A stretch of 64,000 nucleotides of DNA from Marsupella aquatica (Eukaryota > Plantae > Marchantiophyta). Under the pieces are notes generated by a model, which saw only the letters and a program-made list of their open reading frames with translations, searched no databases and was not told the origin of the DNA. The stretch covers positions 8,353,251 through 8,417,250 of the forward strand of contig OZ316892.1 of NCBI GenBank assembly GCA_973895155.1, given 5' to 3'. How positions within the stretch are numbered: position 1 is the first letter of the stretch; each line of letters opens with the position of its first letter. Shown here in pieces: positions 43,597-56,183 of this stretch. The position numbers and the translations under genes are program-made.

Positions 43597-43698
43597 CCTT
43601 GAATCTAAAAGGTGTCAAAATGTCATGTCATTATTCAGGATCATCGACCTTGAATCTAAAAGATGTCAAAATGTCATGTCATTATTCAAGATCATCAT
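43597..43698. repeat. Tandem duplication, 2 x ~51 bp
   Basis: ccttgaatctaaaagRtgtcaaaatgtcatgtcattattcaRgatcatc x2. Confidence 0.85.
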
Positions 43699-46600
43699 GA
43701 TGTCTTGACTAGTTTCTCCCAAGATAGTCACATTATTCAATTATGATTTGCAACCCATTCCTTTTCTTTCCCTGTTAAAGTGACAATCATTTTAGGGGAC
43801 TGGGGGACAATGTCTTGGTCCATTAGTGCTTTTGTTTCTTAGATTAGTACTGTAGATGGTTTTTCGGTAATCAAGAATGAGACAATACCCAAACAGGACA
43901 ACCGTAAGAACAAAACCATAGCTGATCGCCCCTGATTCTATTTGCATGTGCAAGATCATTAAATGATACATGCAATGTTTGATCAGCCTAGGAGACACCA
44001 ACTCATTATTAATTATCCTCACCTGTCAGACACGCTACCTTTTATTATCAGCGGTAGACATCATGTGTTCCCCACGGAGGTGAGACTTTTCTTAACCTCG
44101 GATTCTCAAAGCATTAGAAAAACTCAGATCCGTGACCACATGACTCTAATAATGAAGTTTGATGAGCCCGATTTATCGTGCTATCTCAGCCCGAGACCAA
44201 ATAAAAAATTACTTACCCAGCTAAACCTCGAGCTCGTGCCATTACTCTAGTCGTAATTAAGTGTGGGCAAAAATAATTAATTAAAAAACGTTTGGCGCCC
44301 AGCTCTCAAACGAGATTTTCAAAAAGTAGTGGGGCTGAAAAACATGCATCTCAAATGTAGCTATCTAAAAATGGTGGACCTATACATTCTGCATGTGAAA
44401 TAGGACCCACATCGTCGTCTTTTTGTTTACTCTAAGATCAAATCTATCACATGTAATGAATGACAATAAGATCAAATCTATTTCATATAATGAATAATGA
44501 ATGAAAATTGTTACATTTGGCTTACAAAAACTACACTAGAGGTCCCTTGTGTTTACCAATATTACATAGCAAGCAATGGGCCCAAGTGAAATGCAGATGT
44601 GAAGCTTAGTTTGTGTGTACATGTTTCGAGCACCTCTCCAGATGGCCCAGACATTTTCCAAACTTTTGCTCCTTCCTTCGAAGGACTTGCATTCATTTGC
44701 ATTGCAATTCATTTCAGAATATCTTTGGTATGGAGTCAATGTTTAGAACAAGCAGAAACCCTCTATTTTACTTTGGCAAAAACTGTTCACAAGTGCCCTC
44801 AAGTCTTGTAAAGCCACCCTCAGTACAAATTGGGGGAGGAAATGAGATTGTAGACACCATAGCACAGAATTTCATGCAATTGATGTTAGTTAAACACTGA
44901 AGAAGATTTTCAAATCTACAGTGACATGCTCACTGGCTGACATTCCTCCTGTATCTAAGTTTTAATTTTAAAATCATTCAAGCTAGCCTCTGCCATGTAA
45001 CCAAATTGCACGTTCTTGGGTTTCTTAGAAGAGGCTTGGAAACATCTTTCTAAGTAGGCTAACATTGAAAATTTCATTAAGAATTGATGAAGCTCCCATA
45101 CAAATTTCCAAAGATCATACCCTTATTCATTGCAAGCTTTACTTGCTTCCTTGCTTCCTTTGGTATTCAATCAAATAGGCCTTTTCTTGGGCCGGGGTTT
45201 AGGGTTTAGTGGAATTGACCAATTTTGACCCAAGCGGAAAGTGGACCTCGGCTTCGGAGGGGATTGACCCCTGTGCCTCACCTACCAGGTAGGCTTACAC
45301 CGGGTAGACAGGAAGGAGCGGTGGTCTAATAACCCTCACCAGCCGGTTGTTCAGTAGAAACTGGTCGGAAGGCTGACTGTGCAGAGGCAGAGGCAGACGG
45401 GCAGCAGCATGTGTAACGGGAAGCGTTGCCTGAATCTGACACGCGGCAGATGGGATCACAGCCATACGGTCCGGTAGCATTCAAGGCACCCATGGATGGG
45501 GGTTAGTTGGTCCGCCCAGACGCCCAGTGCTCGAAATCTGAAGTACTAAGACAGTTGGGTCTTTTACTGTAGTCAAAGGTTGAAAACTGAAAAGGTAAAA
45601 AAGGGAAAATGCATACGTACCAGGATAGTATGGTCGGTGGACGTATCTCCGTGAGTATTATTACGATGTACACTACACACTGTAGACCGGAGGAATGTTT
45701 TTCTGGCTTTTTGTATGTAATAAGGGCCAGGTAAAGCCATTGTGGGCCACAACCCCCGAAAATACGAAGGCTTTTACCTCTATTGTAGTTATTTTCGAGG
45801 GGCTGCTAGTGCACAATGGGACATTAATGTACTGGAAGGCTTAAGATGTTTTTTTTAGTTTGACCGACAGCGAAAGTACAAGAGAAGTTTGATCAATCCA
45901 ATCTGGACTATGCATTTGTCTTCGTAACCTATTGAGAATTATAACAAGAGAAGTCATGAAGGGCATTAGGTTTGGGAAGAGGGGAGGCTGAGTATGGACA
46001 AAACTGAAACTCGCTATGAGCACCAAAAACCATTGTTTCATCCAACACAATGACATTGCAGATTTGAGTCATGGCTTTTTCCTGGTCCAATGAGAGAAAT
46101 TGTAATTTGTAAGTTTAGAGAAAATCACCTGACACCTTCTCCAATCTCAACCATTCTATATGTTTAATCACAATGAAGAGCAATAAAACATTTTCTCTTT
46201 GGTGCATGCAAGGTGATTTTCCCTCAAACCCAAGCTAGAGCATTGCTTTGCCTTACTGCACCTGTACAGAGGCTAATCCAAAGGGGGGGGGGGAGGACAG
46301 AGTGCTGGGCTGCACTAACAAGGGACCCAAGGAAGGTTATTCCAAAGGAAAGGGACTTGCCTTGTGCCTTTTCCAGACAACCCCCTCAAGTCTCTTGCTG
46401 GTGAAATATGTCTTGTTCCCTTGATTTGTGTGAGTGACTAGTCTAAGCTAAATTTCTGACTTCCTATGTTAAGGTTGGATAGTATAGGTTCTAATTGGCT
46501 GAACTATGTTCAGCTATGAAAAATGCCCCCAAGATAATTTTGTCAAAATTATATACGGACTGAAATACTGGATAAATATTGGATTTCAATAGTGAAGTTT

Positions 46601-46779
46601 TTTATAGTTTCTTTGTTCTAAAGAGACCAAAACAAAATCCAATGTACAGCTAACAATATTTTTATACAGGCAAGATCATGATGGTTTAAGTAGGCAGAGG
46701 AAAGAAACGAGAGGAGCAATTTAATGATTTGTCTTTTGTGTTTCTTTCATTCTTTGTTCATACGGGCCTGGTATAGCTA

Positions 46780-46850
46780 GACTTGGATGACATTTGGTAT
46801 TTGAAGACTTGGATGACATTGGTAATATTGAAGACTTGGATGACATTTTT
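46780..46850. repeat. Minisatellite, 3 x ~27 bp
   Basis: gacttggatgacatt x3. Confidence 0.85.
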
Positions 46851-47309
46851 AGAAGATGGGCAAGTAAAGATCGGAGCGCTTCGATTAATGTGCTCTCATT
46901 TGCAGAGTTATTTCTATGACCTCTCCTACGTACAGCACCATAGTTATTTCTTTCACAACTATTACGGTAGAGAAAATAGTACATACCTCCTTATTCCCAT
47001 TATTACAGGGTAGAGTACGGTTTGTTTGACTTGAGGAAATAGGAGAGGGAGAATGATCGGTTCTCATAGATGAGAATTTTGTTTGACTTGATTCCGTCGG
47101 AAGAGGGAAACTGATCTCTTGTCATAGGAATGATCCATAATTATATCCAAGGGAAATGTAAAAAATATTATGCTATCATAGTCCAGTGATACAAAATAAA
47201 TTATCGGTTCCTCATTTTAGTGTAAAGATTTTTGTGAGGGGAATTGCGGCCAGCTAGCAAAAAAACACCTTTTGAAAAAGAGATGATGGGTAGTACATTT
47301 TTAGTATTA

Positions 47310-47433
47310 GACTTTAATTCAGCTGTCCAAAATGAACAAGCGGGCATTACTTCAATCAATCTTATTATATTTTAGCACAGATTCTCTACCCATACCTTTG
47401 GTGCCTAGTCTTGTCTAAAGCGGTTGTTGCTGT
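47310..47433. repeat. Left copy of a ~120-bp inverted repeat (partner 52308-52426)
   Basis: Its reverse complement gcaacaaccgctttagacaag...aaggtatgggt...tgtgcta..atataataagattga...cttgttcattttggac..ctgaat aligns with 52311-52420. Confidence 0.8.
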
Positions 47434-47464
47434 ATGTATGGGCTGACTAAAACCTAAACCATGC

Positions 47465-50400
47465 AGGAAATATACACACTTTTTATAGACAAAGGGACCA
47501 AGTAGAGTACAAATGAACAAACAAAAGAGGTCCCAAGTGGACAAAACCAATCGAAAAAGAAGTGAGCAAAAGGGAACCACTAAACACCAAGAAAGAGGAA
47601 TTAAAAGTAAGAAATGAGCAATAGGGAACCCCTAAAAACCAAGAAAGAGAGACTAAAACTAACCCAAGCGGACCGAGGTCCTCATCATTCCTAGCGAATG
47701 TGGCAAAAAGCTATTGGTCCACATCAAGGGTCAAAACTAGATCGACAAGTGGGATTGGAACATCTTCTAGGGGAGCTAGCCGCTGTGGAGGCACACTAGC
47801 ACCCACTGTAAGAGATCGACGATAGATGGCCCGAGCTTGAGCACGCTGCAAGGTGACTGAAATGCGTTGGCGAAAGTGTGTGGTCAAAATAGAAAGCGGG
47901 GGTCCGGTGGGACCCATGCGGCCATGAACATCCCGGGCAGCTTGCCGAAGAAGCCCATCAAACTGAGGATGAAGACGCCCAAATAGCTCCAGAGCAAGGG
48001 GGAGGAAGCTGTCGGATGAAGCTCGTGCAGCATATTTGGCCTCCTTCGTTGTTGCCGCACGTGACGCTGCTGCCCCTGCCGTAGTTGCCGCTGTCCCAAT
48101 GATGTCTTGGCGCAATGGGTTTGCCACCACTACATCTGCCAATGTACGTTGACCCTCACGGACCATGGTAAGATCCACCCGTAACCGCTGTGATGGAGGA
48201 CCAGGTAACTCGAGTACCACCTCCCGCCGCACGCATACCAAAGAGCCAGAGAGAACCTGAGCAGTCGCATCTCGCACAGCGTCGTGAACAATAATGGTTT
48301 CACCTCCCAAACTGCACCGAAGAAGATGGACACTTGTGGCATCACATGGCTTCCCACAAGTGCAAGAAGGAGGTAAACCTGCAAGAAGTGGGTGGGGCAG
48401 CCCCATACGAAGACGCATGGCTGTGGAGAACTCCGTTGAAGACATCCGCAAATGAGGAATGACTGGATTGGCCTGAAGCCATCCACCTGCGCCCTTCCCT
48501 CCGGAAGAAAGAATCCGAGCTCGGTCCGTGTCAGGTGCCTCGGAGAGGATGCTGGAAAGGGTGAAAGTGTGCATACGCCCAGCAAGGTCTGCCTGAAGAC
48601 GAACGGGATCCAAGGATAAAAACTCCTGAAAAGAAGGTAACGCGGCGCGAATGGGATCTGGTAATGAGGACCGTGCTGCGCGCAAATGAACCTGAAACGG
48701 GAGGGAACCCTCCTCTACCTCCATGAGAGATGAAAGTAAAAAAGGGCGATCCTCAATAAGAAAACGATCGGCCAACAATGAGAAAGCGGCCGCCCACGCA
48801 CCCAAAAAGGCCAAAGGTGCAAGGCTCTCAATGGAAGTAAGCCCAAAACCACCCTGCGAAATAGGAAGATTGAGTTGTCGATGAAGCCACGGAGATGAGA
48901 GCAACGTACCTGGCCCTAAAAGAGAGGCCAGGGTCTGACGAATGGAGACATCAAATGCTCAAAGGTGGAGACAAAGATCCTCGGTAGGGGGATGCGTCCT
49001 AGCCAGATAAGACGCACGAGGGTGGATGCACTTCAACAACATCCCAAATGTTGCCTGAGAATCTGCTAACTTAGGGAGCATAGGAGCAGAGGCTAAGGCA
49101 GCCTGTAGAGAGTCAGCGATGAAAGAGGAGCAAAAGGAGGCGGTACCGACTGGGGAGCCAAGGACCCGAAGACCATCGGTTGGACGTAAGAACCCTGGGG
49201 GAAGCGCAAGATCAGAGGGTAACCCAGCTGGACTCCATGCACAACTCTTCACAGGCTGAACTCGTAAACCGAGGCCCATCAAATAGGTGGAAAGAGTGGC
49301 GAGGGCAGAAATAACCGTGGCAGGAGGACCAATGATGTGGGTGTCATCTGAAAGGGAGGGGAAGATACACTGGGTGTGGGCCATGGCGGCTTCCCGTAAA
49401 GCTGTAAAATGGGCAATGGCAAAAAGAGGCCCACCCAAAGGGTCACCCTGACGAATACCTTTTTGCAGAGGAAAGAGTGGTATACACACCTATAGAGGAG
49501 TGATGACTATAGAATAGTGGGGCCTCGATTCCATAAAAACAACGGACAAAGGGGATCAGGGACTGGATGTCTGGATCCGCCGCCCTCAAAGCACGAAAAA
49601 TGGCTGCTCGAGAAACCATATTAAAAGCGTTAGAGACATCAACCTGGAGGACAACCCAATCAGGGTGGAGGTCCAAGGTAGCTCGAATACCCGCAATAAC
49701 CGTCTCACAACCGCCAGGAACGCCAACTGCAAACTGATGTGGAGAGAGATGATCCGATAGTGCAGAGCGAAACTGCAAGGAAAGTGTGCGAGACACAAGC
49801 CGAAGAAAAACCTCCCCAATAGCAATTGGCTGAACACCCGGTGAAGACTTAGCCATGGCCAATAAACGAGAAGCACTCAAGAGCCGAGAGACGGGAGGAG
49901 GCAAACGACCGCTGCAATACACTGGCAAAAGGAGAAGAAAACTGGAAACCCAACTGAGGATCCTCAGGGGGGAATAAATCCCGAAAATGCTCAAAGACAT
50001 AGCCGGAGGGGCCACCAGCAGCGCAACGCGGGGCATGGAGGAAGGCATAGGTGAAGTGGTCCCGACTAAACTGAAGATCCTCCTCAGGCTCAAAATCCTC
50101 TACGAACAAAGGGAGCTGATCATGGGGGCTGCGGATGGAGATCCTAAAGGGCCGACGAGGTGACCTCGCCAGGGGGTGCTGGTGTGGTGGGAGAAAGGGC
50201 CTGGACAGCCCGACGGTATTCACCAGCCTGGGCTAAACGACAAGAGCGACAAAGACGTCTATGCTCAGGGGGATGAGAGTGGCGGGCTGGATCAGACAAA
50301 GCACGGGCGGTAAAAGACCGGGCGCGAAGAAAGTACTCTTCTTGAAGCTGCTCCCAATCTCCCCGCAAAAAATGATGGATACGAGAGGCAGTCTCACGGT

Positions 50401-52045
50401 GACCCACACGACCACCATGACTAGGGAGGGTAAGAGACCACTGTGGAAAAAGCATCAGTAAAGACCAGTAGGAGACCTCCATAGGATGCGCCAAGATAAG
50501 CTGCATGAGTTGCAACAAGGAGGATCGAACTAAAAGCCGCAGCACCAGAGGAATGTGGTTATAAAGGCGAGGTCTAATGTACCCTGGATGGTAGGCTGGA
50601 AGGGGGTCTAGAGTGCGAACCCAGCTCCATGCCTGCTCGGGAGCCTCCAAGGAGGGAGGGGCAGAGCTAACCGGGTCAATAGGGGGCTGAGGCTGGGATT
50701 GTGCTTGCTGGCGACGATGGCACCGGCCCCGCCCGCGATGATGAGGGAGGGAGATGCCAACCCATCCACAGTCAGGACAAGTATGCAGGGGACGCTCGTC
50801 CGGGGAGGGAGCAGGGAAAGATTGGACAGGAGGTGGGGGTGGAACAGATGTGGATGAGGAGGCCGGAGGAGGATGATGAATGGGTGGAGAGGGAATGGGG
50901 TGGGGAGAGGAGCGAGGGCGACGATGGGGTGGGCAGTAGACGGGGGGGACTGGCAGAGCATCGGGCATGGGGTCATCACGAAGATGAGAGAGATCCAGTG
51001 AAGAAGAGGAAACACGAAGACGGCCACGAGGGGGAGGGGAGGACGGGGGAGAAGTGTGGGGTGGGGCTGGGCGCTTGCCCCGCGCCAACACTCTCAACGC
51101 AGACATGACAAGCCGCAATCCGATAAAAGCAAAAACGCATCAAGAAGCGACAAAAGGCCCAACCGAAGCAGGTGAAAAGAAAGGGGAGGCGATGGAGAGA
51201 GCCCACCGCATCAGGCCGAGAAACGGCGCCACCGCTGGCCTAGGAAACCGTTGAGCAGGTGCAGGAACAGTAAGGAACAAAGCTGAAGCGCCCGTCGAGC
51301 TGTCCGCTGGGGAGTCGACGCGAGTGAAGATCCGTCCTCTGGATTGAGCGTGCGGCTACAACTCCCGAAGGTGACAACCAATTGGAGGAGAAAGCGATGG
51401 CCTAAAGCCGATGTGACTCGCTCATACGTTGACCCAAATCGAGTCGTGAAGACGCCAAGATCGCCAAACGCGCAACCAATGTGAAAAAATGGCGAAACCT
51501 AAATCGGACGTAACTCGCTCAATTGGTGACCGTTGGGGGCGCAATTCATATTGATCTTCACCGCCTCGCCAAGATCTTTCCAAAGCCGTCAAGAACACCC
51601 AGATCCGAAACTCCTGGAGAAAGTTACGACTCAAATTGAGTCGCGAAATCGCCAAAATCATCAAACGCGCAGAAAAAGTGAAAAAACGGCGAAACATAAA
51701 TCCGATGTAACTCGGTCATAAGGTGACCGTTTGGGGCGCAAGTCGTATCGATCTTCACCGCCTCGCCAATATCTTTCCAAAGCCGTCAAGAACTCCTAGA
51801 TCCGAAACTCCTGGAGAAAGTTACGAACCAAATTGAGTCGCGAAATCGCCCAAATCGCCAAACGCGCAGAAAAAGTGAAAAAAACGGCAAAACTTAAATC
51901 CGATGTAAGTCGCTCATACGGTGACCATTGGGGCGCAAGTCGTATCGATCTTCACCGCCTCGCCAAGATTTTTCCAAAGCCGTCAAGAACTCCCAAATCT
52001 GAATCTCCCGGAGAAAGTTACGACCCAAATTGGGTCGCGAAATCC
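47465..52045 (-). mobile_element. CRE-clade-like (CRE/SLACS/Cnl1/MoTeR-type) non-LTR retrotransposon with restriction-like endonuclease; single ORF broken by frameshifts/stop
   Basis: ORF pieces 51106-50144, 50223-49849, 50093-49443, 49489-48959, 48904-47711. N-terminal CPDC..HH..CH finger; AGGPSG; AMAK..VQPIAIGE; HQFAVG; QVDVSNAFN; GIRQGDPLG; SLSDD; GLRVQPVKS; LGSPVG; LPISQGGFG; CTC..H..C knuckle; HDAVRD; RVDL..ADVVV..KEAKY (RLE). No APE domain. Confidence 0.88.
51399..52045. repeat. Array of 197-bp monomers (3 full + partials) at the 5' end of the CRE-like element
   Basis: Equivalent positions at 51431, 51628, 51825 and 52022; CpG-rich. Confidence 0.93.
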
Positions 52046-52307
52046 AAGGCCACTATTCCTTTGTCCCTATCAAGGCCACCTTCCTACCATTGTAAGATGA
52101 CAAGGAAAGGTCTTCCACCCATTATTTGCTTGTTTGCTTGTTTTGCAGTTTGCTTTTGCCCTTTTTTGTGTTTCGTGTTTGACCTCTCTCGAACTCTTTT
52201 GCTTTTACACTATTGTGTATCGTGTAACGCTATTAAATAAGTTGGTGTTTTTTTGTCTTTTGAACCTCCTCCACTCAAACTCCCCGAAACTTGTCCCCCT
52301 GAAGTGC

Positions 52308-52426
52308 AGAGCAACAGCCACTTTAGACAAGTCACGTTACCCAAGGTATGGGTGGGGAGTATGTGCTAGATATAATAAGATTGAAAAACTGTTCACTTGT
52401 TCATTTTGGACGACTGAATAAAAAGT
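52308..52426. repeat. Right copy of the ~120-bp inverted repeat (partner 47310-47433)
   Basis: gcaacagccactttagacaag...aaggtatgggt...tgtgctagatataataagattga...cttgttcattttggacgactgaat. Confidence 0.8.
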
Positions 52427-54068
52427 TTGTATATTCCAAATTAAAGTGGAATGCTCAAAACGTCACTTTTTCTACACATGTTGGGGACTCTTTGGTTTTT
52501 TGTTCTTTGATCTTCTCGAGGTTTTTCTCTTTTCCCTTTATTGGGTCGTCTGCCCTTGGATCTTCTGTTCATGTTTCGCGCTTTTTGTTCTTTGGATATA
52601 TAAAAGGACACATGTTGAGATGTGGGTACTAAGTTCATTAAAAGGCATTAAAAATATTCTTGGAAGAAACATTCATTGCATATATACACTATTTATGGGG
52701 GTAGAAGAGCCATGGTGAGAGAAGTTAGTGATTCAGTCGTTGTGACTGAACTCTATTTGGTCAGAGACACTCTATCTAAGGTATGCCCCAAAGCAACCAG
52801 ATTGATATGATTGTCTGTTAGTCAAATTATTTCTTAACATTTTTCTCTCCATCCATGATGGTCAATCGGCAGTAATCCATTGTGACTCCTTGAATGTTGC
52901 TGTCCCTCCCATGGGTGCACCAGCCCAACAACAAACCTACCATTCCAAGTTTTGCTAGAAACAAATGAGTTTGCATAAGTGTTATATGAAAACTTGTCTC
53001 CGGGGCTACCATGGTTGCAGATGGCCCCCTCAGCCAGTTGTGACCAAGCCTAGACCCAGGTTCTCCTGAATCTACCCTCGAGGGCTTTACTCCAAGGGGG
53101 GTCCTATATCATGCGCAAAGTTTACCCCTAACCTTTTGAAATATTCTTAGAATATTCTCATATATGGTGTTAAAAAATCCTATGATTCTTAGAATTCTCA
53201 AAACTGGATTAAAACACCTCTAATGTTCTTCCACAAAAATTTAAAAGTCTTTTACTAAACTCAATTAAAACAACCTATACTTATTTGCGCATGATGGGTC
53301 GAAATAAAATAAGTGAGGACCCCAGGAATCTACCCTCTATCATGCCTAGGTACATGGCCACAGTTTCCACTCGCCATATCCCTCGCATGACCGCCAAGCC
53401 TTTGGGTCCAATATGTTTTTGCCGGCTTGTGATTTGGGTCTTGTTTGCCCAAGTTAGGGGCCCAATTAGAGACACGAATGACTATTGTTCTTGTAGGGCT
53501 AGTATGGGTGTTATTGAAGCAAAATCCATTTGTTAGGGGCACCTTTTCGCTTCATCTAGTTGTAGTTGTCATTGTGATCTTATAGTGAGTTTTTGTGTTC
53601 TTGAAGCAAAGGCGTTTTGCTCCACTCACTATTTAGGTAGAGTCTTATTGACTTGTTACTTAGTTTTTCTTGAATCATTGTCAAGGCAGTGATAGCAATA
53701 GCTTGCCATTCCATACACGGAATTAGACGTTGATTCTTTAGAATGCTCCAGGCCGATCTTGGCATCCCGTCGACTTTTCATTTCATTTCTGTTCAGTTCA
53801 GTACACCTGTTTCTATGACGCATTTTATATAGAGGTTTACACCTCCACTATGTACATACCATTTCATAGTTTGTGTACATTTGTAACATATTCTTTTGTT
53901 TTTGAGTTTGATGGACTTGCTGGTTTGGCCACATGTTCACGATGTGTTAATGTCATGACACTACACGTCACGACACCTCCCCCCACTGCGGCTTGACTGT
54001 TCCCATCCTTGCCCAACTCTCTCTCTACTCACCTTGACCCTCTCTACTCCTTTATCATGCCTGCATAG

Positions 54069-54643
54069 TGTTATGTGAGGGGAGCCAATTTCCTAGCCTA
54101 GGGAGCCGTCAAATAGGCAAGGAATACTTTGTAATCGCAAGACATGGGACACTAGATTTGTGTCTACATCCAATGACAGGAGGAGGTTCATGATATTGGA
54201 GGAATTGTGAGTAGGTTGGAAACACATCCTCATGCCAGTCAAGGGGGAGCAATAGAAATAGCTAGCAATGACTGCTAGCCATTGACAATTGTGGATGGAA
54301 AGGAGCAGGCTTCTGAGAAATGGGCCACAACATAATGAGATGAAAATATGTTGTAGGCTTGTAGCTGCAGGGGTTTCCTCTTGTAAGCTGGTTGTTAAGT
54401 TATGTCTATAGTATGACCTATTTACTTCCATAGTAATAGCTAGGTTTTAGCAGACTAGGATAGCACTTGTTTGAGTTTCAGGTTCCCATAAACCATGGAA
54501 GGGGATTTACCCAAGGGAACACAAACTTGTGCTCAATTCACTCTCCAGGAGAGAGAGTGAAAGGAGGAACTCTAGCACTTTAGCTATGGAGTGAATGTAA
54601 TTATTGTATCATTGGATTTATCTCACGGTTGTGAACCACAACA
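54069..54643. mobile_element. Possible solo LTR
   Basis: TGTT...AACA termini and LTR-like composition; flanks atag/ctag give only an imperfect TSD. Confidence 0.3.
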
Positions 54644-55868
54644 CTAGTGAACTTGGAGCATGACACCATTGGTACCCTGTGACCTAGAATGTATTAATAT
54701 AATCTGATTAAACCCTACCTGGCTAGTGAACCTGTGTGTTTAATCTTGACCAATGCCCATATTGGGCTGAACACTCGCCCATTCTCTCTTAAACCATCAT
54801 GACCTGTTTTTGTCATATTTGAACATAAGGCCCAGCCCTTGTTTTTGGGGAAAGGCAGTAGGTGAATAAGTTTGAATCAAACTAAACGTACATCCCACAT
54901 GTCAGACTGGCTCTTCCCATCCTCAACCTTAGTTACCCATTATTGCTATCTGGTGGGATGCCTCATCGTACCACTGCCTCATCTCTTCGTAATAATTTGC
55001 ACACTTGGAATGTTGTGGTCATTCCAATTAAGAATCTTATTGTTGAAAGCTTGCAATACAATAATTGAATAATATCATATGACCATGATCTGTTCTGCCT
55101 CCCCCACTTACCCCTTACTTTATACAAAATGTGTTGAGAGCTCACATGGTGGCAGAAGAGAAAACAATGAAAGTCAGCTGAAAAGTATCCACAATCATTG
55201 CAGGCAGTTAATGTTGAACCATTCTCTCCACTCAAAATCCACTCGTACCAGCTTTTTGTGGTGTTATATAAATAACACCTGCCAAAGAACCAAAAGCATG
55301 AAATTGGGAGACAAGATCACAAAGGTAGGAGACCCAATAAAGGAGAGAACAAGGGGTGAACCTCAGGGAAACCAAAAGAGCCAAAAAGATGTAGGGTCCC
55401 ACACAAGGGCAAAGGAGCTAAAGCTTTGCTTGAAATGCAAAGTTAAAGCCTGGTACAATTCTGGAGTAAACTGCATACGAGGGGCACCAAGAGCAATTTG
55501 TCTAGAGTCCTTAAAACAAAATTAGCATTCTTAGTACCACTTCTTAGGTGTAGTATTAAAGCACACTGTCCCCTAAGCAAAACCTGGTGGATCCAGGTTA
55601 CTAAAATAAACCAATAATGTGCTCAAAACAGTACCAAATTAAGTGCTCTATTTCATCCTCCCGGAACCTGATGTACAGTGGTGGTTTAAAGGCATCTCCA
55701 GCTCTACTGGGTTTGGTTATTGTAACGGGTAAAGAAATGCAAATGTCAGGTCAAAACCCATTCAGTGTAAGGCTTTTGGACTGGGTTTTTTCAGGGACTG
55801 CATCTGTACATGGACGACACATGGAAGAGATATAGCAGCTAATTTTTGAAGCTGTTATATGGTGAATG

Positions 55869-56183
55869 CACATTTTGTCTTATTCAGATTTTTGTGTCAT
55901 GTGTTTTCATTTCAATCTGCCTTATCAAGGGGCAGCCTTTGTATTCTATAGATTTTTAATTAATGTTTAGACCCACGTTTTGTCTTATTCAGATTTTTGT
56001 GTCATGTATTTTCATTTCAATCTGCCTTATCAAGGGGAAGCCTTTGTATTATATACATTTTTAATTAATTTTTAGACCCACATTTTGTCTTATTCAGATA
56101 TTTGTGTCATGTATTTTCATTTCAATCTGCCTTATCAAGGGGAAGCCTTTGTATTCTATACATTTTTAATTAATTTTTAGACC
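55869..56183. repeat. Tandem repeat, 3 x 105 bp, near identical
   Basis: cacRttttgtcttattcagat... at 55869, 55974 and 56079. Confidence 0.95.

Noticed and set aside
45192-45212. Telomere-like gggtttagggtttag (also 8113-8123 and 17848-17861)
   Set aside because: Two units or fewer; such telo-box-sized matches are common in plant genomes.
51399-52045. 197-bp array (and the 105-, 110- and 18-bp arrays) as CRISPR-like
   Set aside because: Units are homologous along their whole length with no unique spacers; no cas genes; eukaryotic context.
54620-54648. Helitron-like 3' end (hairpin + CTAGT)
   Set aside because: The hairpin is short and too close to CTAG, no 5' TC end was identified, and it overlaps an equally weak solo-LTR reading.
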